Below are positions 46,086 through 54,924 of a DNA stretch of 64,000 nucleotides, piece after piece (position 1 is the first letter of the stretch; each line of letters begins with the position of its first letter). The DNA is from an archaeon. Its GTDB lineage: Archaea > Nanobdellota > Nanobdellia > Pacearchaeales > GW2011-AR1. Position numbers and translations under genes: made by a program. The notes below the pieces were generated by a model, which worked only from the letters and a program-made list of their open reading frames with translations, was not told where the DNA came from and made no database searches. The stretch is taken from the NCBI GenBank assembly GCA_030605415.1, contig JAUWIJ010000003.1, positions 4,441 through 68,440 on the forward strand, written 5' to 3'.

Positions 46086-46250
46086 TTACCCTCACCCCCG
46101 CTTCCCAGTTTGTAGTTGGTAGTCTCCCCTCGCCAGTCAGGAGTTTGGAGTCAGGAATTAGTAGCCCCCCCGCTTCCCCGTTCCCTGCCCAACTCCCAAC
46201 CCCAAACTCCCAACTCCCAACTATCAGCGAAGCTGATAAACCTCTTCGAT
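46086..46250 (+). repeat. composite GC-rich mosaic element downstream of mcm
   Basis: It contains an inverted TACCCTCAC, GTTTGTAGTTGGTAGTC, the shared 28-mer AGCCCCCCCGCTTCCCCGTTCCCTGCCC, (CCCAACT)n, and the hairpin TATCAGC-GAA-GCTGATA. Confidence 0.85.
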
Positions 46251-46256
46251 GTTGAA

Positions 46257-48311
46257 CTACCGCGTCTGTCCAAGAAATCCCCTCTTCGGTCTAAACAAAT
46301 CCCCCGACGCTAACAACTTCCCAACAGCCTCATCAATCTCAGACTGCTTCATTTTACCTTCAAGATATTTATTCAACTCTTCCATCGGAATTCTTTTCCC
46401 AACCCGTTTCTCCAACTCTTCAATCGCATCCTGAATAACACGAATCTTATTTCTCGCCGAAGCAGGATTCCCGGTAATCCTATCAATATCAAAAGTTTTC
46501 GTATCCTTATCGTAACCCACCTGCATCAAATAACTCTTTACCAAATCAATTGCCGCAATCGCATCCTTAATCCCAATTTCTTTCGCTAATCTCATACGAG
46601 CATGCGCCTCCGCCAACCGAACCATCGCTTCCAACTGCCTTGCCCCAATAGGAATCGGCTTACTCGGACCGTCCCCAATCTGTGGCATATTCCGAAGTCC
46701 AACATAAAAATCTTTCATTACCCCCACAGCTTCCTCAGTCAAAACCGGATTATATTTTTGCTTAGCGTACGAAATATATTTTCTCAGTAAATCCTTGTCA
46801 ATAACATCATGATGCGCCTCTTGCCTATGCTCCAACAAAACATGCGTTGCAATCGCCTCATCACCCTTCCTGCTGGGAATATCCCTTATAATAAAAATTG
46901 CATCAAAACGTGAAAGCAAAGAAGGAGATAAATTAATTTGTTTCGGAATAGATTGCAAAGGGTCGAACCGACCAAACTTAGGATTCGCTGCCGCCAAAAC
47001 AGCAGTTTGAGAATGCAAAGTTGCCTGAACGGTCGCCTTTGCAATCGTTATCGTTTGCTGTTCCATTGCCTCGTGCATCGTCGACCTGTCCTCATCGTTC
47101 ATCTTATCAAACTCATCAACACAAACAATACCCTTATTTGCAAGAACCATCGCCCCTGCCTCCAAACCCCAACCCTTCAAAATATCATCCTTAACAACGG
47201 TCGCCGTCAATCCAGCTCCCGTTGTTGACTTACCCGAAACATACCTGGCCTTCGGAGCAACCCCGGCAATAAACCCAAGCATAACCGATTTCGCAACGCC
47301 AGGGTCTCCGACAAGCAAAACATGAATATCCCCCCTCATTTTCGTTCCGTCACTCCGCGTCTTTTTTACTCCGCCAAACAACTGAAACGCCAACGCCTTT
47401 TTAACATCACGATGCCCCCAAATCGAAGGTGCAATACTGTCAACCATTTTTTCCATAAACTCGGGATTCGCAGCCAATTCTTTTATAACTCTCTCATCCT
47501 CCTCATCAATATTAACATCCTCGAAACTTTCCTCCAACGGAATAATATTATTCGTCTCAATCGCCAAATCAAATCTGGTAAGCATCGCCCCGCTCGAAGA
47601 AGAAATCGCAATCTCCTTCAAAATTCCAATAATCTTAACTCTGCTACCAGGCGTTGTTCTCATCTCCATATTAGGGTCAACTAAATCTTCCTTCAGAAAA
47701 ATCGTCATTCGTTTTGGTTGCTCACCGCCGTGCAAGTTGTCAGACGCTTCCTCAATTACCAAAACCTGCGCATCAACCATATCTTTGGACAGTTCCTTAA
47801 ACCCTCCTCGACGACCACACGAACAACGACTCGGTTCCTTAAATTTTTTCTCAATCTGCAAAACCGAAATAATTGTACCACAACTCGGACATTCAAACTT
47901 TGCATTCGTAACCAGCGGTCGGACTTCCGAAGATTGCCGGACAATTCCCTCAATCGCAATCATTTTCCCCAAATGTTTCGAACGGATGTTTCGAATAAAA
48001 AGTTCCTGCTGATGCAAAATACTAGTAAGCCGAACCCTCACATCATTCGGAGCCCATTCTAATTCCTCAAGTGCAACCTCCAATAATTGAATCGTTTCTT
48101 CTGGTCTGTCAATAAGATTTCCAGCCAGCTCAGGCGAATGCGCCGAGAAATCTTCAAAATTAATCGAAACAATTTTCTCCCCCACTTTTGCAATCTTGCC
48201 GAGTTCTTTCCTATTAACCTCAAAAAATTCCTTCGCCTCACTTAAAAAATCATCTTGATTAATAGCATTAGTATTGACACTCTCCTTATTCACCTCGTCA
48301 TCTCCTTCCAT
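46257..48311 (-). CDS. mcm: MCM replicative helicase
   Basis: The Zn finger is CPSCG..CSCG, Walker A is GDPGVAKS, Walker B is CVDEFDKM, and the Arg finger is SRFD. The track start 48368 is TTG. The ATG at 48311 (MEGDDEV) is preferred. Confidence 0.9.
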   Translation of the reverse strand: MEGDDEVNKESVNTNAINQDDFLSEAKEFFEVNRKELGKIAKVGEKIVSINFEDFSAHSPELAGNLIDRPEETIQLLEVALEELEWAPNDVRVRLTSILHQQELFIRNIRSKHLGKMIAIEGIVRQSSEVRPLVTNAKFECPSCGTIISVLQIEKKFKEPSRCSCGRRGGFKELSKDMVDAQVLVIEEASDNLHGGEQPKRMTIFLKEDLVDPNMEMRTTPGSRVKIIGILKEIAISSSSGAMLTRFDLAIETNNIIPLEESFEDVNIDEEDERVIKELAANPEFMEKMVDSIAPSIWGHRDVKKALAFQLFGGVKKTRSDGTKMRGDIHVLLVGDPGVAKSVMLGFIAGVAPKARYVSGKSTTGAGLTATVVKDDILKGWGLEAGAMVLANKGIVCVDEFDKMNDEDRSTMHEAMEQQTITIAKATVQATLHSQTAVLAAANPKFGRFDPLQSIPKQINLSPSLLSRFDAIFIIRDIPSRKGDEAIATHVLLEHRQEAHHDVIDKDLLRKYISYAKQKYNPVLTEEAVGVMKDFYVGLRNMPQIGDGPSKPIPIGARQLEAMVRLAEAHARMRLAKEIGIKDAIAAIDLVKSYLMQVGYDKDTKTFDIDRITGNPASARNKIRVIQDAIEELEKRVGKRIPMEELNKYLEGKMKQSEIDEAVGKLLASGDLFRPKRGFLGQTR

Positions 48312-48364
48312 ATCCAAATCAAGAAATCTCCACTTAAAAATAAACCTATATTCTAAACTATATA

Positions 48365-49315
48365 TCAATTAAATACAAACTCGCTTCTGCCAAAAATCAA
48401 CTCTTCGGTCGTTCTCCGATAAATTCCTACAAATTGCTTCTTACAAAAAACCGCAAACCTATCATCAACTTTAATTTCGCCAACATCACTAATTACACTA
48501 TCTCTAAACAAAGGTCTTCCGATGTGCAATCCCTTAATCGCTTTCTTTTCAATCTCAACAACTGGTAGAACTTGCTTAATCGCATCCTCGGCAGGAATCA
48601 ACATTTTCCGCAAATCACTATCATCTCCAGCCTTCCATTTCCCAACAGCAATCTCAAACTCATCCAGCCGAACAAGTCGTCCGACACTCCGACCATCTAT
48701 TCCCATCCCCTCCGACCATCCGACCAGCGAAGCGTCCGAACACCGACCATCCGCTTCGGAGAATATCCCCGCAGATATTCGACGAAGTTCGCCCATATGC
48801 GCCCCGCCAATCATCTCGCCTAAATCCGAACATAATTTTCTAATATAAGTTCCACCCTCAACTTTGCATTCAAACAAAAAATCCCTGCCGTCCCCTTTCT
48901 TCCGAACACCGAACACCGAACACCGAACACCGGCTTCGAGAAGTCTCCAAAAGAATACTTCTCGTATTCTTTCTTCTCGAAGAACTGCCGACCGATGCGG
49001 AGGAGTTTGTTTAATCTTCCCAATAAAATTTTTATCAATCAATTTCTGCAATTTAGCTATATCCTGTTTCTTATGTGTATGTAAAATTCCGACATAGCTT
49101 TTATCGTGCTTAATAAAATATCCGGCCAACTTACAAGCCCGCCCCAACGTAATCGGCAAAACCCCAGTCACCTTCGGGTCAAGCGTTCCCATATGCGATG
49201 TCTTTTTCAGCTTTAATTGTCTTCTGACAAATTCAGAAATCGAATACGACGTCGGTCCGGCTGGCTTGTCGATATTTATTAAACTGAAATTTAGGAGCCC
49301 TTTGATTGGTTTCAT
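48365..49315 (-). CDS. cbf5: tRNA/rRNA pseudouridine synthase Cbf5 (TruB + PUA) with two repeat-derived inserts
   Basis: The evidence is INIDKPAGPTSYS, HMGTLDPKVTGVLPI, GTYIRKLCSDLG and a C-terminal PUA domain. Confidence 0.9.
   Translation of the reverse strand: MKPIKGLLNFSLINIDKPAGPTSYSISEFVRRQLKLKKTSHMGTLDPKVTGVLPITLGRACKLAGYFIKHDKSYVGILHTHKKQDIAKLQKLIDKNFIGKIKQTPPHRSAVLREERIREVFFWRLLEAGVRCSVFGVRKKGDGRDFLFECKVEGGTYIRKLCSDLGEMIGGAHMGELRRISAGIFSEADGRCSDASLVGWSEGMGIDGRSVGRLVRLDEFEIAVGKWKAGDDSDLRKMLIPAEDAIKQVLPVVEIEKKAIKGLHIGRPLFRDSVISDVGEIKVDDRFAVFCKKQFVGIYRRTTEELIFGRSEFVFN
48676..48765 (+). repeat. CCGAC/CCAGCGAAGCGTCCGAAC element inside cbf5
   Basis: The sequence is gtcgtccgacactccgaccatc...tccgaccatccgaccagcgaagcgtccgaacaccgaccatccgcttcgg. 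It encodes GRCSDASLVGWSEGMGIDGRSVGR. Confidence 0.85.
48902..48932 (+). repeat. (CCGAACA)x4 perfect heptamer array inside cbf5
   Basis: Read directly. It encodes GVRCSVFGVR. Confidence 0.95.
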
Positions 49316-49468
49316 AATACAAATTACGAAAGTAAGTTTTTAATTCTTGCTGATAGTTGAGAGATATAGAAGTATTGTTTTTATCTTTCATTGGGAGGTT
49401 GTTAATAATAAACTGTTGATAACTCAATATTATGTGTAATTCAAAGAAACTTTAATAATTAAAATTCC

Positions 49469-49939
49469 CTAATCCAACTCAAGATAAATTCTATTTGGAT
49501 CCGTTTCTCTATATCTTCTATATCCTGCATTTTGTGCAAATTCATTTCCCAAGACTTCCATTCTTTTTACTAAACCCTGACATTCATCAATTTTTTGCAA
49601 GGCAGACTTTTTAACCGTGGATGAACATGAAATATATTGTGTCAATAGAGAATCTAATTCATCATATTTCTCTCCCATTTTTGGGAATACATTATTTTTC
49701 AATTCTTTTAATATGTCAACAGGAAATACATCATCTAACAAATTCAAATCCATTTTTTGAAATCTTGTAGAAATCTTTCCGTAACGAGCTTTAGTTATAT
49801 CCCATAGTCTTTGTCTATATTTTTTATTCGCTTGAACTTCTTCTTCAATTATATCTAAAGCCATTTTAAATATAGTATTAGATGAACCGTACCGCCCAAC
49901 GTCCACTATTCTCCACAAATCTAATTCTTCTTGTTCCAT
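49469..49939 (-). CDS. hypothetical protein (~156 aa)
   Basis: The ATG at 49939 (MEQEELD) has a TTTTATAAATAT box about 25-36 nt upstream. The track start 49954 is TTG. Confidence 0.4.
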   Translation of the reverse strand: MEQEELDLWRIVDVGRYGSSNTIFKMALDIIEEEVQANKKYRQRLWDITKARYGKISTRFQKMDLNLLDDVFPVDILKELKNNVFPKMGEKYDELDSLLTQYISCSSTVKKSALQKIDECQGLVKRMEVLGNEFAQNAGYRRYRETDPNRIYLELD

Positions 49940-50059
49940 ATTACCATTCGACAACGGTATCTATTTTATAAATATATCGACTTGAGTTTTTATATTTTTC
50001 ATAACGGCTCACTTTGTTTATCTAAAAGAAGGTTTTTTCTGAACTTCTTCAAATTTGCT

Positions 50060-50160
50060 ACACAAATCCCCGTCCCCTTCCCCCCCCTTGCCCTCACAAA
50101 TCCCAAATCCCCAATCCCTAATCCCTATTCCCCCTCAACCACCCCTTCCTCTCCCCTTCC
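50060..50160 (+). repeat. C-rich mosaic element overlapping the 3' end of the alkylation-repair gene
   Basis: It contains CACAAATCCCCGTCCCC and CACAAATCCCAAATCCCCAATCCCTAATCCC. Confidence 0.8.
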
Positions 50161-50813
50161 TCAAACCTCTCAATAGCATATCTCAAAGTCGTCCTCGGCA
50201 ATTCATCATAATTCTCCCTCAAAAACTTTTCCAAAACATCCTTATTCTTTTTCCCAACCTCTCGCAACATCCATCCAACTGCCTTATGAATCAAATCATG
50301 TTTATCTTTCAACAAAATTTTAGAAATCTTCAGCGTATCAACAAGTTCCCCCTCGCGAATAAAAGCAAAAGTCGAAACAATCGCAATCCGCTTCTCCCAC
50401 AAATTTTCAGACTTCGCCAACTTGTATAAAATTCCCCTATCCTTCTTAAGCAAATAATCGCCTACAATCTTCGGCGCTGACAAATCAACCAAGTCCCAAT
50501 TATTCACACCCTTAGTATTGGCCAAATAAAAATCGTAAACAATTTTCTTATCATCTCCCTTATATTTATCAACCAAAATCAATAACCCAACCATTCTCTC
50601 GTCGTGAATTTCAGAACCCAAAAGCATCTCAACGTCATCCAACAAAATTCTCTCACTTGCCAATTTCGCAATCACCCTCTGTTGCGGAACGGTCAACCCA
50701 AGAAAAATATCCCCCTCACCATACTCCCCCTTACCCGTTTTAAAAAATCCCTGCAAAATTTTAGCTTTTTCCTTATTTGAACACCTCCTTATCTCTTCCC
50801 GTAACTTCTTCAT
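50118..50813 (-). CDS. DNA alkylation repair protein (AlkD-like HEAT-repeat family)
   Basis: The N-terminal KEKAKILQGFFKTGKGEYGEGDIFLGLTVPQQR matches the DNA_alkylation family. The last ~14 aa are encoded by the repeat element. Confidence 0.65.
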   Translation of the reverse strand: MKKLREEIRRCSNKEKAKILQGFFKTGKGEYGEGDIFLGLTVPQQRVIAKLASERILLDDVEMLLGSEIHDERMVGLLILVDKYKGDDKKIVYDFYLANTKGVNNWDLVDLSAPKIVGDYLLKKDRGILYKLAKSENLWEKRIAIVSTFAFIREGELVDTLKISKILLKDKHDLIHKAVGWMLREVGKKNKDVLEKFLRENYDELPRTTLRYAIERFEEGERKGWLRGNRD

Positions 50814-50842
50814 AAAACTAAATAGAACTTGTGATTAAAAAC

Positions 50843-51592
50843 CTACTTCTTCAAACTCTTCCGAACGGGCATAGTTTTTTTCGCGTGCTTTCCCTGTGCA
50901 GTGTGCTGAATTTTTTTTGCCGCGACTTTTTCAGCTTTGGCATCTCTTTCAGCGCCAGCTTTCTTAGTTTCTTTCTCCTCTACTTTATCATCAACACCAT
51001 CCTTGTCTTTGTCAGCTTCAACGGGTTCTTTCTCTTTCTTTGGTGCTTTGGCCTTACCCTCAACAGCTTTACTCCTCCGCTTCTCAGCCCATGCCATCTT
51101 ATATCCAACAGCCTCAGGAATCTCAGCCAACTCGACATAAACAATCCCGTCAACCTTCTTAGCCTTCACCTTAATTTTATTCGCCGGTTTCTTAATTCCC
51201 CTAAACCACAATTCATTATTCAAATACATATCAATCTTAACTTTTTTCAAATCCCTATCGCGAACCTTCATGTGCTTAACCATAAATTCTTTCAAAACTC
51301 TAATAGCTTTCTTGGCTCTTCGATAACGCGGAACATTCAAAACACCCTTCTTTAAAGGCACAATATATTCTCTCTCAAGTTCAACCTTAGACTCAACCTT
51401 CTTTTCCTTTTTCGAAACCTTGGCAACTGCGGGCTTTGATTCTTTTTTAGTTTCTTTCTTAGTATCCGTATCTTCAACTTTTCCCTCACTCTCAGCAATA
51501 GCTTTTTTATTCTCCTCATTATCTTTAAATTCTTCCAGCTTCTTAATTCCCTTATCTTCTTTCTCAACCGTAGTTTTTGTTTCTTCTGCCAT
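50843..51592 (-). CDS. rpl31e: 50S ribosomal protein L31e with long Lys/Glu/Ala-rich N- and C-terminal extensions
   Basis: The core is EREYIVPLKKGVLNVPRYRRAKKAIRVLKEF...NNELWFRGIKKP. Confidence 0.75.
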   Translation of the reverse strand: MAEETKTTVEKEDKGIKKLEEFKDNEENKKAIAESEGKVEDTDTKKETKKESKPAVAKVSKKEKKVESKVELEREYIVPLKKGVLNVPRYRRAKKAIRVLKEFMVKHMKVRDRDLKKVKIDMYLNNELWFRGIKKPANKIKVKAKKVDGIVYVELAEIPEAVGYKMAWAEKRRSKAVEGKAKAPKKEKEPVEADKDKDGVDDKVEEKETKKAGAERDAKAEKVAAKKIQHTAQGKHAKKTMPVRKSLKK

Positions 51593-51807
51593 TATCCTAA
51601 ATGTTTTTTAGCCATCTTCCTCGGTTTAATTTTTAACTTACTTCTCTGCCACGCTCTCTTAACATGAGTAATTTTCGACGGATGAACCTTTTTACCCTTG
51701 CCAAATTTCTTAATAACTGTCCAAAACGGCGCCCACTTAGTCTGCTTCTTAGCTCTATCAAGATGCCTTTTTTTACTACTTCGCATTTTAGATTTACGAC
51801 TTGCCAT
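51592..51807 (-). CDS. rpl39e: 50S ribosomal protein L39e
   Basis: A basic 71-aa protein. WAPFWTVIKKFGKG...HVKRAWQRSKLKI fits L39e. Confidence 0.7.
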   Translation of the reverse strand: MASRKSKMRSSKKRHLDRAKKQTKWAPFWTVIKKFGKGKKVHPSKITHVKRAWQRSKLKIKPRKMAKKHLG

Positions 51808-52358
51808 TATTCTTTGTCCTCCTTAATTTCTTCCTCAGTTGCTTCCTCAACTTCTTCTTTTACACTTTGATTTGCAACTTCTGCAGATTCTACTTTGGGT
51901 TTACTTACAACTTTTAAATCATCAAAATCCAAATCTTCACTTTTTTCGACCTCAACAGAATCCAATAAATCTCGCCCTGCCGCAGTCAATCTCCTACCAT
52001 GTTGTAATCTTAAAACTTTCTCAACTAATCCAGCCGCCTCAGCCTGTTGTAAAATAACTCTAATAATTTTCCCGCCTGACTTCTTGAACTTATCGGGCTT
52101 TCCACCCCTGTCTTTTCTCGAGCCATACCGGGTCCTTAACTTTCCAACACCAACGACACCCTTAATATACAACTGCCTCAAAATTGACGCCGCTCTGGTA
52201 TACCAAAAATCGTCATCAACCGGCGGTCTCTCTCGTGAAACACCAGACTTAACATACATAGCCCATTCAGGAACTTCAAATTCCTCAATCTTTTTAAGCG
52301 CCTCAGCTAAAGCCGGAATAAATTTCACAGGGTCTTTCGTAAATATTGTCTTTGCCAT
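51807..52358 (-). CDS. rps19e: 30S ribosomal protein S19e with an acidic C-terminal extension
   Basis: The evidence is PEWAMYVKSGVSRERPP, WYTRAASILRQLY and GGKIIRVILQQAE. Confidence 0.9.
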   Translation of the reverse strand: MAKTIFTKDPVKFIPALAEALKKIEEFEVPEWAMYVKSGVSRERPPVDDDFWYTRAASILRQLYIKGVVGVGKLRTRYGSRKDRGGKPDKFKKSGGKIIRVILQQAEAAGLVEKVLRLQHGRRLTAAGRDLLDSVEVEKSEDLDFDDLKVVSKPKVESAEVANQSVKEEVEEATEEEIKEDKE

Positions 52359-52525
52359 TTTTGTATTCAGGCTCTCTTCTCAGAGATAGATAAGCCGAAG
52401 CTCATTAACCTAAATTGATTGAGAAAATTTGATTTATAAACTTACCGCTATAATTATAATTATAATTATCCCATCAATACCAGTAAAAAAGATAAAGTTA
52501 AAAACTAAAAACGATTACAAATTAT

Positions 52526-53197
52526 ATGTGTTTCGCACCATATATTTCACTTTCGACGTTTATAATAGAATTTACACTAGCTATTTTTTTCTTATTAAAA
52601 AACCCTAAAGACAATTTGAATAGAGTTATTTCTTTAATTTCTTTTTTACTAGGATTTTACCAACTCAATGAATTTTTGATTTGCGTAACTGAATTTAATT
52701 TATTCACTAAACTTGCCATGATTACCACTACAATTCTTCCGGCTTTAGCAATTTCATACGCATTGATTATATCAAGAAAAAAAATAAAATTTTATTGGCA
52801 TATGTTAATATATTCCCCTGCTGTATTTTTTATTCTAATGTTTATATTTTCCAATTATTATAAGCAATCTGCAATTTGCTCAACAGTATTTATTCAATAT
52901 CCGTTTCTAGGATTGTTAGGAAAATTTTTCGCACTATACTATCTTTTATATATAATCGCATCCGTAGCTATATTTTATTTTGCTTCAGCAACAACTAAAT
53001 CAAAATCTGACAGAAAAATATCTTATTTAGGAATGTTTGGGGTGTTTATATTTACAATACCGACTTTTATATTTTTATTATTTCTTCCAACTTTTCAAAT
53101 TAAATTCCCAAGTATTCTTTGCGAATTTGCATTATTACTCGCAATAGAATTTATCTTTGTATTATACTATAAAGAAAAACATAAATTAAAATATTAA
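52526..53197 (+). CDS. polytopic membrane protein (about 7 TM), unknown function
   Basis: Hydrophobic 223-aa ORF. No family recognised. Confidence 0.45.
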   Translation: MCFAPYISLSTFIIEFTLAIFFLLKNPKDNLNRVISLISFLLGFYQLNEFLICVTEFNLFTKLAMITTTILPALAISYALIISRKKIKFYWHMLIYSPAVFFILMFIFSNYYKQSAICSTVFIQYPFLGLLGKFFALYYLLYIIASVAIFYFASATTKSKSDRKISYLGMFGVFIFTIPTFIFLLFLPTFQIKFPSILCEFALLLAIEFIFVLYYKEKHKLKY

Positions 53198-53220
53198 TTT
53201 ATAAACTACCGCCAATCACA

Positions 53221-53517
53221 TCAAAACAACATACCTTCTAATTCCCTTATTCTTGCCTTAGCCAGTGCCCATCCAAATTCCTCTATAGGCACAGAAGAAT
53301 TTTCTGATTCATAGTCAGTTCCTTTAAGATTAAGATACCCTAATCTAATCTCTGTAGTGCTGGCGTTCGCCCACTCACTCATTATTCCTCTATTAAGAAA
53401 AATATAATTTTTTCCAATAATAACATCATATTCATCAGTGCCAGACGCAGACTTATGAATTCTAATCTTCCCATCGTTATATAATATCCCGCCTTCTAAA
53501 ACAAAATCATCAGCCAT
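53221..53517 (-). CDS. hypothetical protein (98 aa)
   Basis: The track start 53529 is GTG. The ATG at 53517 (MADDFVLEGG) sits 22-31 nt from a TATA box. Confidence 0.4.
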   Translation of the reverse strand: MADDFVLEGGILYNDGKIRIHKSASGTDEYDVIIGKNYIFLNRGIMSEWANASTTEIRLGYLNLKGTDYESENSSVPIEEFGWALAKARIRELEGMLF

Positions 53518-53538
53518 AGTATTAAACACTAAAACTTA

Positions 53539-53548
53539 TTTATAAAAA
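53539..53548 (-). promoter_or_regulatory. TATA-like box for 53221..53517
   Basis: TTTTTATAAA on the minus strand. Confidence 0.45.
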
Positions 53549-53564
53549 TTTGTATCCTGCAAAA

Positions 53565-53819
53565 CTATCTTTGCATCTTCCGATACTTAATAATCGTCAT
53601 CACGTATCCAACCAGTTTGTAACTATATTTTGGTCCCAACGATTCAACCAACTTTTTTGCAATTTTTTCAGCCTCGGATTTATCCCGACACGCCGATTTT
53701 AAAATAGAAACCTTCACCAACTTCTCATTCTCAAAAATAGATTTAACCTGCTCAATGAATGTATCACTAAGTCCATTTTTCCCTAATTGTAATTTTTTAA
53801 TTTGTTTCATTTTTTTCAC
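53565..53819 (-). CDS. CRM-domain (YhbY-like) RNA-binding protein
   Basis: LQLGKNGLSDTFIEQVKSIFENEKLVKVSIL is the CRS1/YhbY signature. Confidence 0.7.
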   Translation of the reverse strand: MKKMKQIKKLQLGKNGLSDTFIEQVKSIFENEKLVKVSILKSACRDKSEAEKIAKKLVESLGPKYSYKLVGYVMTIIKYRKMQR

Positions 53820-54189
53820 GCAACTTCTCTTCGAACCTCAAAATATCACTTTTCTTAACTTTTATATTCTTTTGCTTTTTAACTTTCCAACTTCCTGCTT
53901 TCATTTTCAACGACTTATTCATATCACCCCGCAAAAATTTGCCCACAATAATATCTCTCTTTCCACTTCTCCAGTCCTGAGAATATTTCGCGCAAAAAAT
54001 GGCAGCCTCTTTAATATTTTTTCCAGAAGGGTCTTCGCCGACATTAACAAACGGACTTCCGGGTTCAGATGTATGTAGTAAAATATCTTTCATTCCAGCA
54101 TCCCAAACCAACTTATCATTATTCTCCGCACTCTTACCGCCGAACACACGCAATCCCGACGATGTCACATATTCCCTAAAATTAACCAT
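53797..54189 (-). CDS. DUF814 / NFACT-R domain protein
   Basis: The evidence is SSGLRVFGGKSAENNDKL and HTSEPGSPFV. It overlaps the CRM gene by 23 nt. Confidence 0.55.
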   Translation of the reverse strand: MVNFREYVTSSGLRVFGGKSAENNDKLVWDAGMKDILLHTSEPGSPFVNVGEDPSGKNIKEAAIFCAKYSQDWRSGKRDIIVGKFLRGDMNKSLKMKAGSWKVKKQKNIKVKKSDILRFEEKLREKNETN

Positions 54190-54228
54190 AATCTCACCAA
54201 GAAAAAGAACTTTATAATCTATTCTATT

Positions 54229-54849
54229 TTAAAAATCATCTTCCCCACTCTCTTTCCGTTTCTTCTCTATCTCCTTAATTCTTCTAAGAGCGGCCCTCAC
54301 ATTCTTATTTAACTGAACTATAGAATCATCTAATTGCGCCTTATTTTTCGTTCCCGTACAAACCAATTTCCCATTCGAAAAAAGCAAAAAAGTCGCAGTC
54401 GGATATTCCAACTTATAAACTAAACCAGGAAACTGCTCAGGTTCATATTCAGTATTTTCCAATTCAAGGGCAAGAGTATTCAAATTCAAATTCAAATTAA
54501 TTGCTCCCGAAGCAACAATATTTTGCACGGTAATCTTAGGCTTAACCACAACATGTACCCCAATCTTTTTCAACTGCTTAATAACCTGCTGAACAACATC
54601 ACGAACTTGCACAATCGATTTCGTTCCCGTACAAACCAAATTACCAGAACTAAAAACTAAAACCGCAGATTTCGGTTTTTTAATTCTCAAAACCAAACCG
54701 GGAAAAGTATCAGGATTATATTCAGTATTCGGCTGCGTCCTCGCTAATGTCGTCAAGGAAACTTCTTTTTCAAGCGAAGTAGTCGCAACAATATTTTGAA
54801 TTTTCAATATAGTATCTTTCTTAGAACTGCTTTTTTTCGCTACTGTCAT
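54229..54849 (-). CDS. tbp: TATA-box binding protein
   Basis: It has two TBP repeats (IQNIVATTSL... and VQNIVASGAI...), each with FPGLV and LVCTGTK. Confidence 0.9.
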   Translation of the reverse strand: MTVAKKSSSKKDTILKIQNIVATTSLEKEVSLTTLARTQPNTEYNPDTFPGLVLRIKKPKSAVLVFSSGNLVCTGTKSIVQVRDVVQQVIKQLKKIGVHVVVKPKITVQNIVASGAINLNLNLNTLALELENTEYEPEQFPGLVYKLEYPTATFLLFSNGKLVCTGTKNKAQLDDSIVQLNKNVRAALRRIKEIEKKRKESGEDDF

Positions 54850-54870
54850 ATAATATTATAAAAAATTCCG

Positions 54871-54878
54871 TTTATAAA
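54871..54878 (-). promoter_or_regulatory. TATA-like box for tbp
   Basis: TTTATAAA lies 22-29 nt upstream of ATG 54849. Confidence 0.45.
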
Positions 54879-54924
54879 GGCTTTGATTTTGTCGACGAGC
54901 AACTATTTATAATATTTTACTATT

